Positions 12,501-25,500 of a DNA stretch of 64,000 nucleotides are shown here, in pieces. Made by a program: the position numbers and the translations under genes. Below the pieces are notes generated by a model, which worked only from the letters and a program-made list of their open reading frames with translations, was not told the origin of the DNA and searched no databases. Positions within the stretch are counted from its first letter, which is position 1. Every line of letters starts with the position of its first letter. Source of the stretch: Convolutriloba macropyga (taxonomy: Eukaryota); NCBI RefSeq assembly GCF_964194025.1, contig NC_134470.1:30008001-30072000 (forward strand). The letters run 5' to 3'.

Positions 12501-15500
12501 TTGCTAACAGTCGCACATAAAATTGGTTGTTGCAAGACTGAATAGGCAATGCGGGATAATCTCGAAGCTAAGGCACTTTGTTCTACGTTACCAGTTACTT
12601 GAATACTAAAAAAGCGTAATAAACCCAATTATACAGTACGGCATACTGGTTTATGGATGCTGCACCTTTTCTTCTTTAGATGTAGGTGTGTCCACTAGAC
12701 TTCTTGCATCTCTAAAATTACTTAAAATCCAAAACTCGAAAACCAAAATTGAGCAAAACTCAATTCGTCACCGTGCCTCTCTTCTGTTTAATTTGCTGAA
12801 AATGCAAAGTCTTCTCCCAGAAGATGGGATAAACGCAAGCAAGAGGCAGGTTTCCTATATTTACCATCAAATAACGAATTCTTACATACATGCGAACGAT
12901 GAGCTTGTTCGAAAAATCTTTTTCATTGATTACAGGTGAACCAAAGCTCATACTAAACCTCTTAATTTTTTGCTGACTTCTACGCCAAAATTTTGGCGGT
13001 GCCTTCTTCAAAGGCACCGCGGGCTCATTTTTTGCACTCAAAAGTTCAAATGTTTCATGTCTTAACATAGTTTTTGACAATTGATCTTTCCGAAACTGAC
13101 ACTATAGAACATGTAGCAATATGAAATTTTTCTGTCAAATGGGGCAATAGAGTAAGTACAGTATTTGGTGCTCTTAGCAGTAGAAGGATGCTAAGGTTGG
13201 TTTCTATGCTTAAATGTGATAACAGTTTTTTATTAGTATTATCTGAGGGCAAAAGTATTTTTTCACATTTTCGCTGTCTTTTGAGTTTGTGTCTAATAAG
13301 TTTATCAGTTTAAAAAAATGTAGGGCACTCTGGAAAGCAGGTCTGACGACCTCGTTGCGTGTCCTTTCCTGGCCTTATTTTCAATCATGGTCCTATAATT
13401 AATTGATGTTTATGATGTTAAATTGTTGATATTTTGGTTTAATGATTAATTCCGTTGTCTTAAATGATGTTTGATTGATGTTCAAAATGTATTTATACAA
13501 ATTTTGTCGTATTAATTGGGCGAGGATAAATTTACTCTCTCTCTCTCTCTCTCATTATACTCAACTCTGGGTGAGGAATGGAGTGTAAATAATATCCTCC
13601 TCATAATAAGAATCAAAAGCATGAGATAAAATGTACCTCTGAGGAATGAGTAGAGGGTGTGGGTGGTGGGAAGGTGAGAGTGGGGCAGCCACGTAAGTGG
13701 CACTTCCTCCCTAGCCAGAGAGTGGGCTGCCCTCTGCAACTGGGGAGGGAGACTGTCGATTCCTCTGAGCAGACGAGACTCTATCTCGTGCAGACACTGG
13801 CGAATGAAGCAGAGCCACTCGTTGAAGAACAGACATTCCTGAAGGAAACAACTGCTATGTCAAAAAACTGCTAATATGAAGTTATGTCTTTGTGACTTGA
13901 AGGAACTGGAGTTTGACCTGCAAGAGCGGTATCTAGTGCCAGGGGCTAGTGCTAAGATTCTTTTCTCTTGAAGCTAACCAATGTTACTTTCTTAAATTAA
14001 ATCTGAATTAAGAGTATTTTTGAGTATTAGAGGCACGGGAGTGGTAGCAGATGGAATCATGAATTTTATCAGAGCTCAAGATTTTTCTTGTTCTATATTT
14101 ATCAACCAAACAAAAGCTGCAAACTTGATAATATCTTAGATATCAATTCGATGTTTCCCAGCGAGATTGATCTTTATATATAGGTCGTTAAAATGATGTA
14201 CACAAATTTCACCAAAATATGATTGCATTCAAATTTAAGAAGCTCTGAAGTACATAACCAGCCAATTCTAACAATAATTTAATATTACTTTTCTTTGCGT
14301 TAAGCACAATTTGTCAATAGGAGAACAATAAGTTGGTTCCCAAAAATAGACATATTTCGCTAAAAAGCACAACAGTTTATTGAAGTTCATCTCGTTAAAA
14401 TTAGTCAAACCTGCTGAAGCAAAAGAGACAATGTCTCGTTGCCTGAAGTGCCATCTGAACTGAGGATAGTTGAGCTGAATCGACTGGGTGGGTGGTAAGG
14501 GAAAGACAACACAGTGGGCTCAACGAACAAGGACGCTTCTTCATCTGCCACGTTTAGGAGAGAAGGCAAGTGGTCGTAGCAGAGGTCAATCGACATTCTG
14601 GCTTGGTTGACTTCGTTCTCGAGGTCAGCACCCCCGTTTAGGGCATCGGGTGACAACGGGAAGTATACAGCGCCCAACTTCGACATCCACTTGAAGAATG
14701 GCTCGTTCCTAAGATGACTCCGTATTATAGAAGCATTTTATGTATAAAGTATACATTCGACAGAATCATTTCAAGATACATATCTGCTCAAATAGTTTAT
14801 TTGAAATCTCATAAAGCCACCACATCACTTTGAGAGAAATAAACTCAAAAAAGAAAATTTAAGGAAATCTATCATCAAATGCAACCAAGACATGGTTGTG
14901 GTTTATTTCATTATATTATCAATCATATCGATATAGTGATACTTTGTTGTCATACAACGCTGACTAACTTTGTTCGCGCAACAGTGTTCACTCGATCACG
15001 CGATACATCCAAGTAGTCGGCCGTGGAAGCATTCCTCCACTCGCATTTGTCCACAAACCAACTGGCCACGTGATCCAATTCTGAAAACAGCAACAGCAAT
15101 GACAGCGAGACAAGATGATAGACAACTGGAAACAACTTCTAAGTCAACTTTGGAGAAATTCAATATGGAACAACTCATCTGCGCCTAATCAACTATTTTC
15201 TTCTATCTTTGTTTTATGACCCCACCAACCTTACCCTTCCGTTACGTTATTTGAACGCAAAGAAAAATGAGAGGGTTTAAAATTTGTAAACACATAGAAC
15301 TGTTTTAACGTTGAGAACTTGATAAACAAAAATCAGAAGTCCACAGATAGAAAAAGCCATCTACACAATTAAACAGTTTCGTGTTTGATTAAGAGAGATC
15401 AAGGAAAATTAACACAAAAACTTCAATTTCCATAGTTAATATAAACAGTATTTGGTAAAATTTCGCAAACCAAAACCAAATAACTGAAAAATCTTCTGCC

Positions 15501-18500
15501 ACCGTGATTTTGCACAAAAATTAATTTTATAGCAACTAACCGGTGATATTAGCAGGTGGGAGAGGGATTCTGTATTTCCTCAGACAGTTGACCTCTTCCT
15601 TAAGGTCTCCTTTGGTGAACGTGTTCCTCAGGAGAGCACATGCCATCTCAAGGTCACTCTCACTTGACATCATACGTGCATACACATGCTAGTACAACAA
15701 CCAACAAATCACAATGAAAACAACAATCATATGGAAAGGTAATCATTTTGGTTAACCAAATATAAAAATTAAACTTTTCAAAATAAGATAATTTAATTGT
15801 GTCTGTTGTGTTGTTTTTAACTTAAGTTGGCACAAAAGATCAAATAAATGTTCTCGAAAAATTATAGCTAGTTTCATCAACATATTTTTAATTATCTCTG
15901 ATACCCTATACATACTAGCACTTGCAACTTGCCCAGAAATTTGACTTTTATCGGAATATTTTGAACACTAAAAAATTAGATTTCCATCAGGACTCTTTTG
16001 AGGGAACAATAGCCAACCTGAACTAAAAACTCGATGAAATCGTCATTTGCGGCTGAAATTTCGGACGGTGATCTACGATTTTGATCTCCTTCTCCATCAT
16101 TCAACACAGTTTTCAAATGCCTCTCAGACGCTTGCAATATTTCCTGACCCAGGATCGAATAACATCTACTCAAACCTTGTGTAGATAGACATTGTTTCGC
16201 AATCAAAATTCCATTCACTATACAGAGAGCCAAAATCGGGTTTCGAACTGAAGGGTTGGAACAAATCTGCTTCCAGGTTTCACCAGGTAAAGTTTTCACG
16301 CTTTGTTTGATTGCTCTACTCAAGAATTCTGGTTTCAGACTTAGTTCTGATTCGCTTGGTTTGAAATTTTGTGCATCGAATAAGTCGCCACCGAATTCGG
16401 GCTTGTTCAGTACAGTGTCGTACGATATTGGACATAAGTTGAGTGACTTTGGAAGTGAGAAACTGTGTTTGGGTTCACCCACTAACCATAACTTGTGGGC
16501 TGAATCAGGCTCTAAAAGTATATGCTTGAAATGAATACAGGATTGCATTTTTCATATGAATAGCTCTGAAGTTAATTTTGATTGATAATTTCACATGGTA
16601 CGATTTTGGTTTTTTAATAATTCTAGAGAAAATTGACATGCAAATATAACAGAAGCAAGTTTTCATGCACTTTATTTATAATTTCAGAAAATTGGACATT
16701 TTTTGAGATAGTTTATGTGAAAAGCAAATTGGCTCAGGAAAATTGACAAAAAATTTTTCTGAAAAGCCTTTAATGAGAGTGTAACGTCATCGTGATGTTT
16801 TCAAAATCTTGTGAACTCAGAAAATGCACTGACTAATCATCAAGCTTTTGAATATTCTCATTTCAGATGACTCACCAGTACGTTGCACTATTTGAACCAA
16901 ACTTCCAAACACTCTCTGTAAGAACTGTTTGTCAACTGTTGACACGTGTTTCAACACCACCCAGTTGATCTCTGAACTTGTGAACCTCTTCTCTATAAAC
17001 TCTATGACGTAAGAGGTACTGGGTTCCGTCACTGGGTCAATCACTGTCACTTTGGGTGAGTCCTGGGAACTCTATAATAATGGTTTTACGTCAGCTTCTA
17101 TTGACTGTACTCAAAATTACAAATAACAAATGATTGAGGAGTTTGAAATATAGACATTCAGAAGCTTAGAAATGCGCAGTATGAGTCCTCGTGCGTTATT
17201 CTAGCTGAATTTAGTTAGATACACTTTTTGTCAAAACTGGTCAATAATGTCGAGATAAGATTGCAACTCTTTGAAAAATTCGAGAGCCATAACTTCGCAA
17301 CGCAAAAACAATTCCTCTGAAATTGGAAAACAGCATCATTAAAATTTTGGCTCAACTCGGAGATGGTCACAGCTTCTTTATGAATTCTATCTAGCTTTGC
17401 TTTGATCAACTGTCATCTTTCTGCTTGTTTCTAAACTCTGACCTACAGAAAAAAACGAATTCGTTCAATAAAAACTGGAGTTCTTTTTGTTTCATACTCC
17501 CTTTCTTATTCGATATCCAGTTGAAAACTATGCGTGTTCTTATACTATTATGTTGCTATGTGTAAACATTACACGCGCACGTGTGGACACAGCATTTTAA
17601 AAACGTCTCTTCGTACCTCGGCCAGTTTCTCAATCCTGCTGACAATTTCATCCTCGATATTTGCATATTCCACGTGATCAAGTCCTCCTCCGCTTAGTAG
17701 TGCATCTTCATTGCTTGACTGAGTGCAAGGTAATGAGACCACGAATCCAGACTTAGATTCCAGCAACCCTGCCAGACTCTGCTTCGGACTGCTAGGGTTC
17801 TCCTCATCGTCACTTTGGGTAAAGATCACGTTTATAATCGGCAGATTGTCCTAGAAAGCATTCATTGTTTCAAACATCAAATTTTAGAGAAGACTGATAC
17901 GTAAACAATTTATACATGCAGATTCACCAATTATTGTAATCCGTTGATTATTAACTGTGCGTTTAAATTTTTGAGGGAGGATTTGAGTTCCGCATATATT
18001 TCTTGCCAAAAAAGCATTACAAGCAGCATATAATTTAATAGAAACTATAATGTTCGTTTCATAAAGCTTCATTCTCATCCTCAGTTTAAAAAAATAATTA
18101 CAACTTAATTATCAGCTGCAATCATCATACGGTTACTCCAGCCTATTATTTTAACTAACCTGGACAAATAGTTTGAGAGCTGAACTGAATCGATCAGGTC
18201 TGAGGAGTCGGATGACGATGAGTCTGTGTACGTCTCTCCAGGAGTCTTCGTCATCCTTGGGCATGGACACACTCTCACAGTTCTCACACGAGTACCACTT
18301 GAGCCAGGCGTCACTGTTCTCCACGATGTCACGACACAGTCCATGCAGAGGCGAGTCCTGATACACAACACAGATTAAACCAATCTCCTTGACTAGCAGA
18401 AAAATATATTTGGATCGTGATATGCGAGAAGTAACATTGAACATAGGCATTTAATCTTGAAGGTGTTGAATAATTATACCTAATTTCCTGTCCATTACAT

Positions 18501-21040
18501 TACGACTTCTTGTTGCCCTTATAGGGGTTAATTTGAAGAATTTTGAATCAATGTGGCTTTCCAAGTGCTGGATAGTTGAGTACAGCTTGACATTATCCGA
18601 GGGCTAAATTGAGAAACTTCGAAAACAAATTTTTTAAAGTTTTTTTTACTCGAAAGCTTCCTTTTTCAATTTAGTGAATTTAGGAAATTGGACGTAAACA
18701 TACCAACTTAGACATTGAAAAATATTCACTTCACAATAACGAGGAAAACTGTTCAGTGGCATTCGATTACTTGCAGATTCTAAAAACTGTAACGGCCCAA
18801 CAATCAATAATTTTTGTCAGCAATAAAAATACAACTGTTCAAATGATCAAGTAACAGTTAGACTTCATTGATGAATCATTCGTGAAAACTCCTACGATGA
18901 ATTGAATATTTTAATGGTTTTTTTCCTATTCTCATTCAGGAATTTTACCTCTCCGATTTTAACATAGCTGATCACTGATCAAAAAGATTGGCTTATCTCT
19001 CCTTTTCATAAGTGCGAAAACAAGACACCTCTGATTAATCTAACAACTTATCGGGTGTGAAACCTGGCAGAGAGTGATAAACTGGGTGTGAAACCTGGCA
19101 GAGAGTGATAAACTAACACCAAAGAAGGCAAAAATTTCGAAAAAGCACTAAAGTGAAGACGGGGTACAGATGGGGTACAAAAAACAGGCGAAGATTCCAA
19201 AAAAAGTCAGTTGCTCAAATTGACTTTCATCTAGATGATCTTTTGAACACCTCAAAATTATCTTTTGAAAGCATTGTTCGCCAATAAAAAAATACAAACA
19301 AAGGCACGCATATAACAAAAAAGGCTACAAAGCTAGTTTGAGAGCAATTAAACAAAAGCATCTTCCAGCAGCAAAAAAAAAATCCTAGTCATGCTACCGG
19401 GCAAATGCTCCGATCAGTCATCAACTTGCGTTGCAAAGGATTGTGGCATGTTGCCCCAACTATGCTTCTGCGATAGATGAAAAAACTACCATAAGTTTAT
19501 TGCTTTTCAAATAGACGACTGCAATCATTTGAGCAAATTTTCAAACCTGTTAATCAGTACAGTGTTTGATTTCAAAATTATAGTGTAGGAGCAGCTACAC
19601 AAGGTCCGTCTCTTCAAGCAAACTGCAAATCATTAATTCTAAAAAAACAACTGATAGGTTGCTAGAAGATATTGAAGCCTCAGAAACAATTTAAAAGCAT
19701 GAGACCTCAGAAAAATTGAAAAATGGTGTTATTAAAAAGTTTTGTGTGATTCCAATTGCGATTTATGCACTATGAAAGTTCAAACAACTTTCAGGGAGTA
19801 CCTCTACATAAATCATCATATTTACGTAAACAAAAATCATATTGAGACAAAGGACAACTTGAGAGTGACGCAAATCACAAGCGACCAAAAAAGTTATCTC
19901 CACTAAGAGTACAAACTCACGTCAAGTACGCGATGTCGTCAAAAAATTGCGAAAAGGAATGAACAAAAGGCTGATTTAAACTCAGCGTGGCGTCACTGGT
20001 CGTATCAAAGGACGACAACATAGCCGAAAGAGTTCCGGCAACAAATTGAAAATTTGGCACTAACTAAAAATTAGATGAAATTAAACCAATATCAGTCAAC
20101 GAGACATTTTCCTGGCAAAACAAGAAAAGCTAAATGTAAAACATTATGACTATGAATGAATCATAACCATGAATTAAACGCTTTATGAGTCACAGGACAC
20201 AAAAAAATCGCCTACAATTCTGGCAGCTCTAACACATTGTAGGCAACGCGTCAATGAAAGATATAAGTAGTCAAAATTGGGGTGGTCTACCGCACAGAAA
20301 AAGGATCGCTTCATTCTAAAGCCTCGAACCTCAGTTTATGTTCTTTATGCATGATATTTTTTCTTCTTTTAGTGCCTTAACCATTGTGCCAAAGAGACAT
20401 CAGATCTACATTTTTTCGGATATTATTATACCATTATGTTTCAAGGTTAGTCCATACATTGAGTTCATTGATGATCATCATTTACTCATTTATCTTTATG
20501 TTTGACATATACCAAACTGAATAGTTTGCTTACTGTCCGTTTCGCTTCTGTTTTGTGTGCCTTTAAAAGCTATCACGCGTCTTGTGCGTGCTTTGAAATA
20601 TTGAATCCGTAACGCAAAAGTGTATCAAAGAATTGCTTTTATGGTATGCCCTGAGCCATTTGTTATCAAATTTTTTGGTTGAAAATTTATTTCATTTTCA
20701 AGGTACGTTTCAATTTTGCCCCACCACTCAAAATTAACTAATCTGACAGCCGTTTGTCAAGCTGTATTTGGTAACTTTGATAACTTTCTAGTCTTTCAGG
20801 AGAGATTGGTTTTGGTAATAATAAATTGAAGAAATATTATTAGATTTCACCAAAATTGTGAACAAATTCACAAGGTAATACATTTAAGTTATATACATAG
20901 GATTTACATAGTTAGAGTTTTAATAGTTTTCTTCGTCTGAGGGAAGAACTATAACGTCTTCATCATCAGGGGTTTCCTGAACTTTGGGAATTTTCCGAGG
21001 CTGAGGTTGAACGGATGCGGTTGGTTTTTCTCTCTTAACT

Positions 21041-21085
<45 letters not shown>

Positions 21086-22465
21086 TCTTGTAATCTCTGT
21101 TAAATCGCAGTAGAGCTGCCATTTCTCTCAACCCCAAGGACACTTAGCGAAGCTCCCATATATCACCTTTTCTGTCAAATCTCTTTATATGGAAGACCAC
21201 GCTGAGCAATGTGTCCTCGGGGTCGAAGAACTTCATCGACAATCGGAAGTACGTATTGTCGTTATCTAAACAGAGGAACATTAATTAGATCAATTTCTAT
21301 CTTTAGCAATAGACTCCTAAGGTTAAGAATTTTATATTTCTTATATCTTTTGCTCTGATAAAGTTTATACTACTGAATAAACTTGAGCATTTGAAGAATT
21401 ATATTACCTCTGAGGTCCCTGATGACTTCACAGCTTATAGAGTCCAACCGCATCCGCTCACAAGCCTCCTGATGAACTACAAGTCTGCCCTCTGGGTGTA
21501 TTCTCCCGTCGATGATGACGCGCAGCAACTCCACTTCCATCAATATGCTGTCCAGCATTGATTGGAATTGATGTTCGGGTATGCTTATCGTTTGGTAGAC
21601 AAATCTTTCGTTATTCGAGATTTTGTACAGCACAATTTCAAAATTTGAACCCTCTGATTCAGCTTCTCGCCACATCTTTACTAGGCCGGTTGATGTTTTA
21701 CATTCAAATTGATAACTAGGAGAAGTCATCTCGTTGAGTACAGTATTTGTTCACTCACTATTTTAGTGTAGATCAAATCAAATTCGCAGGAGTGATTTTT
21801 TGGGGAAATTGAGGGCTTTTTATAGTGTTTATCGGTGCATAACTCAAAAATATCTAAACAGGTTGAGATTATTTTCAAGTAATTTTAACATAGAGGAACC
21901 TGGGAATCAGCTGAGAATGGGGCGGTACAGCATTTTGAAGTCATTTTATCAGAACTACTGAAATTCAATTGAATACCCTGAAAATGGCCTCATATGGTAC
22001 GACCTATGCCCTACTGATTAAGCTTTGTAATAAGCATTATTGGTTGGATTAGATAATTAGGCTCCTAAGTTTTCGGGTTTATTTTTATAAATCTAAATCT
22101 TGACAAATAGTTGGTAACACTGCCCTACTTTCCTTCATCTTCTAACACAGATTAAATTTTATTGCAATTGGTTTGAACTTACCACTTAGGTAAACCGTTA
22201 CTATATACGTTCATAGTAACTGTTGAAAAGTTTTTCACTTGATAGGATATCGGGGTTGCTATAGATCGAAAGGAATACTCAGTCGAAATCTCTTGGGAAC
22301 TTTATGCCGGATTTTTCTAAAGAACTGTGCTCTCGTTGTTTTCTACTTATGCTTCCAATATTTTTCGATGATGATTCGAGTATCAAGTCAAAATTTTGAA
22401 AAGAATTTTATGCCAGGCTACTGTGAAGAGCAACGCTCTTCTTGTTGTTTTTTGTATCCGCACAT

Positions 22466-22511
<46 letters not shown>

Positions 22512-25500
22512 TAGATAAGAGCGGAATGATTTTTCGCACAGATAATATCAATAAAAAGCGAAAGCTCCGCACTTTCTTTATATGATGTTTTCAAATAGAG
22601 GGCATAGTCTTTTAAAGATTTAAATGTTCCATGCATTATTCAATTTCTTGAATATTATTAAACGAACTTGTTAGTCCTTTAACAAGATTGTGCAGAGTGT
22701 CAAAAGTTTATCCTCACCCGGAAGGTCTGTCTGGAGTCACTTTTTACGGGACGCTAGTATTAAAGAGAGATCATCTAATGCATGGGATATAATGTTATTT
22801 AAAGTTTTTGAAATATAACTATTAATAAGCTATGAAGTCTGACTTTAGCTAAGTGTAGTAAAGTTCAGCAATTACACTCACCTATTTCAATCATATTACG
22901 AGTATCAAATCACAACTTTGAAAAAGAATTATATGCCACGCTACTGTGAAGAGCAGCGCTCTTCTTGTTTTTTTTTGTATCCGCTCATTGATATTTAGAT
23001 CATGGATTTGAGTGAAATAATTTTTCGCAAAGTTTATATCAATTTGAAGCAAAAAGCTAAGGAGAGCTGCGCTCTACAGAATTTGGTATAAAATTATTTC
23101 ATATACTTACAATTGCATATTATTTAAAAACAATGCTGTTTTATATCGTTTATAAAACAATATAAAACAGCAGTAACTATATCTCTGTATAACTCTGTAT
23201 AAACAACAGTAACTATATCTCTGTATAACTCTGTAACTATATTGTTTTAAAAAAGTTCTAGAGATGCAAGAATAACTGCTGGACGAATTATACGATTCTC
23301 ATCAAAATCTCATTAGCATGCATCCAAAAATCTTGTTGCTTTGCAGCTTCTTGCGTCACTAGAATACATTAAACCTCCTTCTGGCTTTTGTCAGACCTGG
23401 CTACCTCTTGTCGAAGGGGCCAGGCTGAAGTCAGGTGGAGGATAGTCGAAAAAAACAGTCTACGAAACCTAAGGTTTTAAGGACTGTTTTTCCGACTATC
23501 CTCCACCTGAAGTATTTTCAAATCAAAGATGCCTGGATTCCCGGTTTAATTTAAACTGGAGCCTCGCATCTTTGCTGGGTTGTTCCTGAGAACAACACCA
23601 GATTTCCTAGCCTTTATAGAAAGGCGAGGACACCTAAACTAATATTTGGTTTAGGAATCATGTTCAAATGCAATTTCTGCGATCAGGACTTCGCTAAACG
23701 AAAGGAACTCGTGTTGCATAAGCATCAAAAGCATGTTGACCTCCCAAATCAGAACTTTGTTTGCGGACATTGCTCAAACACTTTTACGCTCGCGAAAAAC
23801 TTGGTTCGGCATTTGAAAAATGTCCATAAATTTGCGCGTTCTGTTAGATGCAATTCTTGTCAAACGTTTTTCGGACATGAGCAAGCGTTGCGAAAACATT
23901 GTGCAGACGAGCATTCTGTGGTGGGTTCAGTTATTCGAACTGATCCATCCAATTTCTCTCAAGAAGATCGTTTTATTTTGGAACATGAGAGAAAGTCAGT
24001 TCGCAAGCACTTCCAGTCATTCCGACTCAAAATAAACCACGGTTCAATTTTTGACCCCCTTTGAATTTCTCGTGCTCCAGGAACGAAAAATTACAGATTT
24101 TATCACGCCGAAACTTCACCATTTGGTGACTGCGAAGTTCGCAATCTGCATAGAGGTGAAGTTCACCAAGCCTCTAACTCATGATAGTACTCTTTGTTTC
24201 TTTCACAGTCCAATGGAGAGCCTCTCCACATCATTGATTTCTGAAGAATATTTCGGTCATATTGACAAACTATTGACAAAAATAAACGTGTTTTGCACTG
24301 CAGGAAGAGGGTGGGTGATAGAAAAGTTAAATGTTGTCGAATTGAAGATTTCAAAATATTCCCCTCTTCGCGCGGGATCTTACATTGCAACGCCTCCTGA
24401 ACTTGAAACACAGCGCAAATCAGTCTTGAATATCAAAAACATGAAAGACAATCTGTGCTTCATTTACTCTGTTTTAGCCGCGCTCTTCCCCGTTAAGCAA
24501 AACCAAGAGAGACCGCAAAGTTACCGCCAACACATAAACAGTCTCCACTTCAACCCGCGAAAAATACCAGTGGCTTTAGCTGATATACCGGTTTTCGAGA
24601 AAAACAATCACCTGAAAATAAACGTGTTTGCTTACGAGTGTAGCAAAATGTATCCGGCTTACATCAGCAATTATAAAAATTCAGCGAAGCGAATCAATTT
24701 ATTGTTGCTGTCAGATGAAAATAATTGGCACTATTGTTTGATAAAGAACTTGGATCGAGTTCTAAAGGTTTTACTTCGCTCGGCCGCCACCGCTAGCTCG
24801 AAAAATAACGTTCGAAAATTCTGCGAGCGTTGTCTGCAGACTGTTGCTCGCGAAAAAATTAAGCTTCACAAATCGCTTTGCGAGCATCATCAGCCACAAG
24901 TTATTGAGATGCCGCCACAGGGTTCTACCGTAAAGTTCAAAAACTGGCAGAAGACATTCAAATGGCCGTTTGTGGAGTATGCTGACCTAGAGGCTCTTGA
25001 AGTCAGAACGGAAGATTTCGAAGTGGCCGAAGAGTTGCTCGAGACTGGATTAAATAAAGGTGGAGCATCTAGCTGTGTTACTGAAAATCAGTATCCTTGT
25101 AGCTTTGGAGCTGTTCTTGTTGACAGCAGAAGTTCAAGTGTGCCGAGGCGAAGATTGTATTGCTGTTCTGATGCAAACTTTACAAAAATGGCTGAGATGG
25201 GCAGACAATGAGCGTCAACGCTACAGATTCCTAAAGATGCCCAGTTTTGCCAAAAGGGAACTATTGAACAACTGGTTTGAACCCTGCTGCATATGTCAAC
25301 AAATCTTCGAGTCTGATCATGAAAAAGTAGTCCATCACTGTCATCTCACAGGCACTGTATTTGGCGTTGCTCACAGTAGTTGCAATTTATTGGTTACGGT
25401 TGGTAGTTTTCTCCCTGTTTTCTTCCATAACTTGTCTCGTTACGATGCCCATCATATCATAAAGTACATGAAGCTGGAAGAAAACGAGACTCTCTCAGCT

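Larger units (their letters stand above)
9000..13500 (+). mobile_element. Decayed non-LTR retrotransposon (CR1/L2 group) in dynein intron 8764-13636; ends approximate
   Basis: ORF1 remnants followed by APE-RT ORF2 remnants with multiple stops and frameshifts. Confidence 0.85.

Noticed and set aside
19053-19114. CRISPR-like repeat
   Set aside because: Two adjacent copies with no spacer, in a eukaryotic context with no cas genes.
18560-20259. Extension of the Polinton beyond its TIR (also 36528-37300)
   Set aside because: The TSD and TIRs fix the ends; the flanks show no identifiable motifs and may be an older unclassified repeat.
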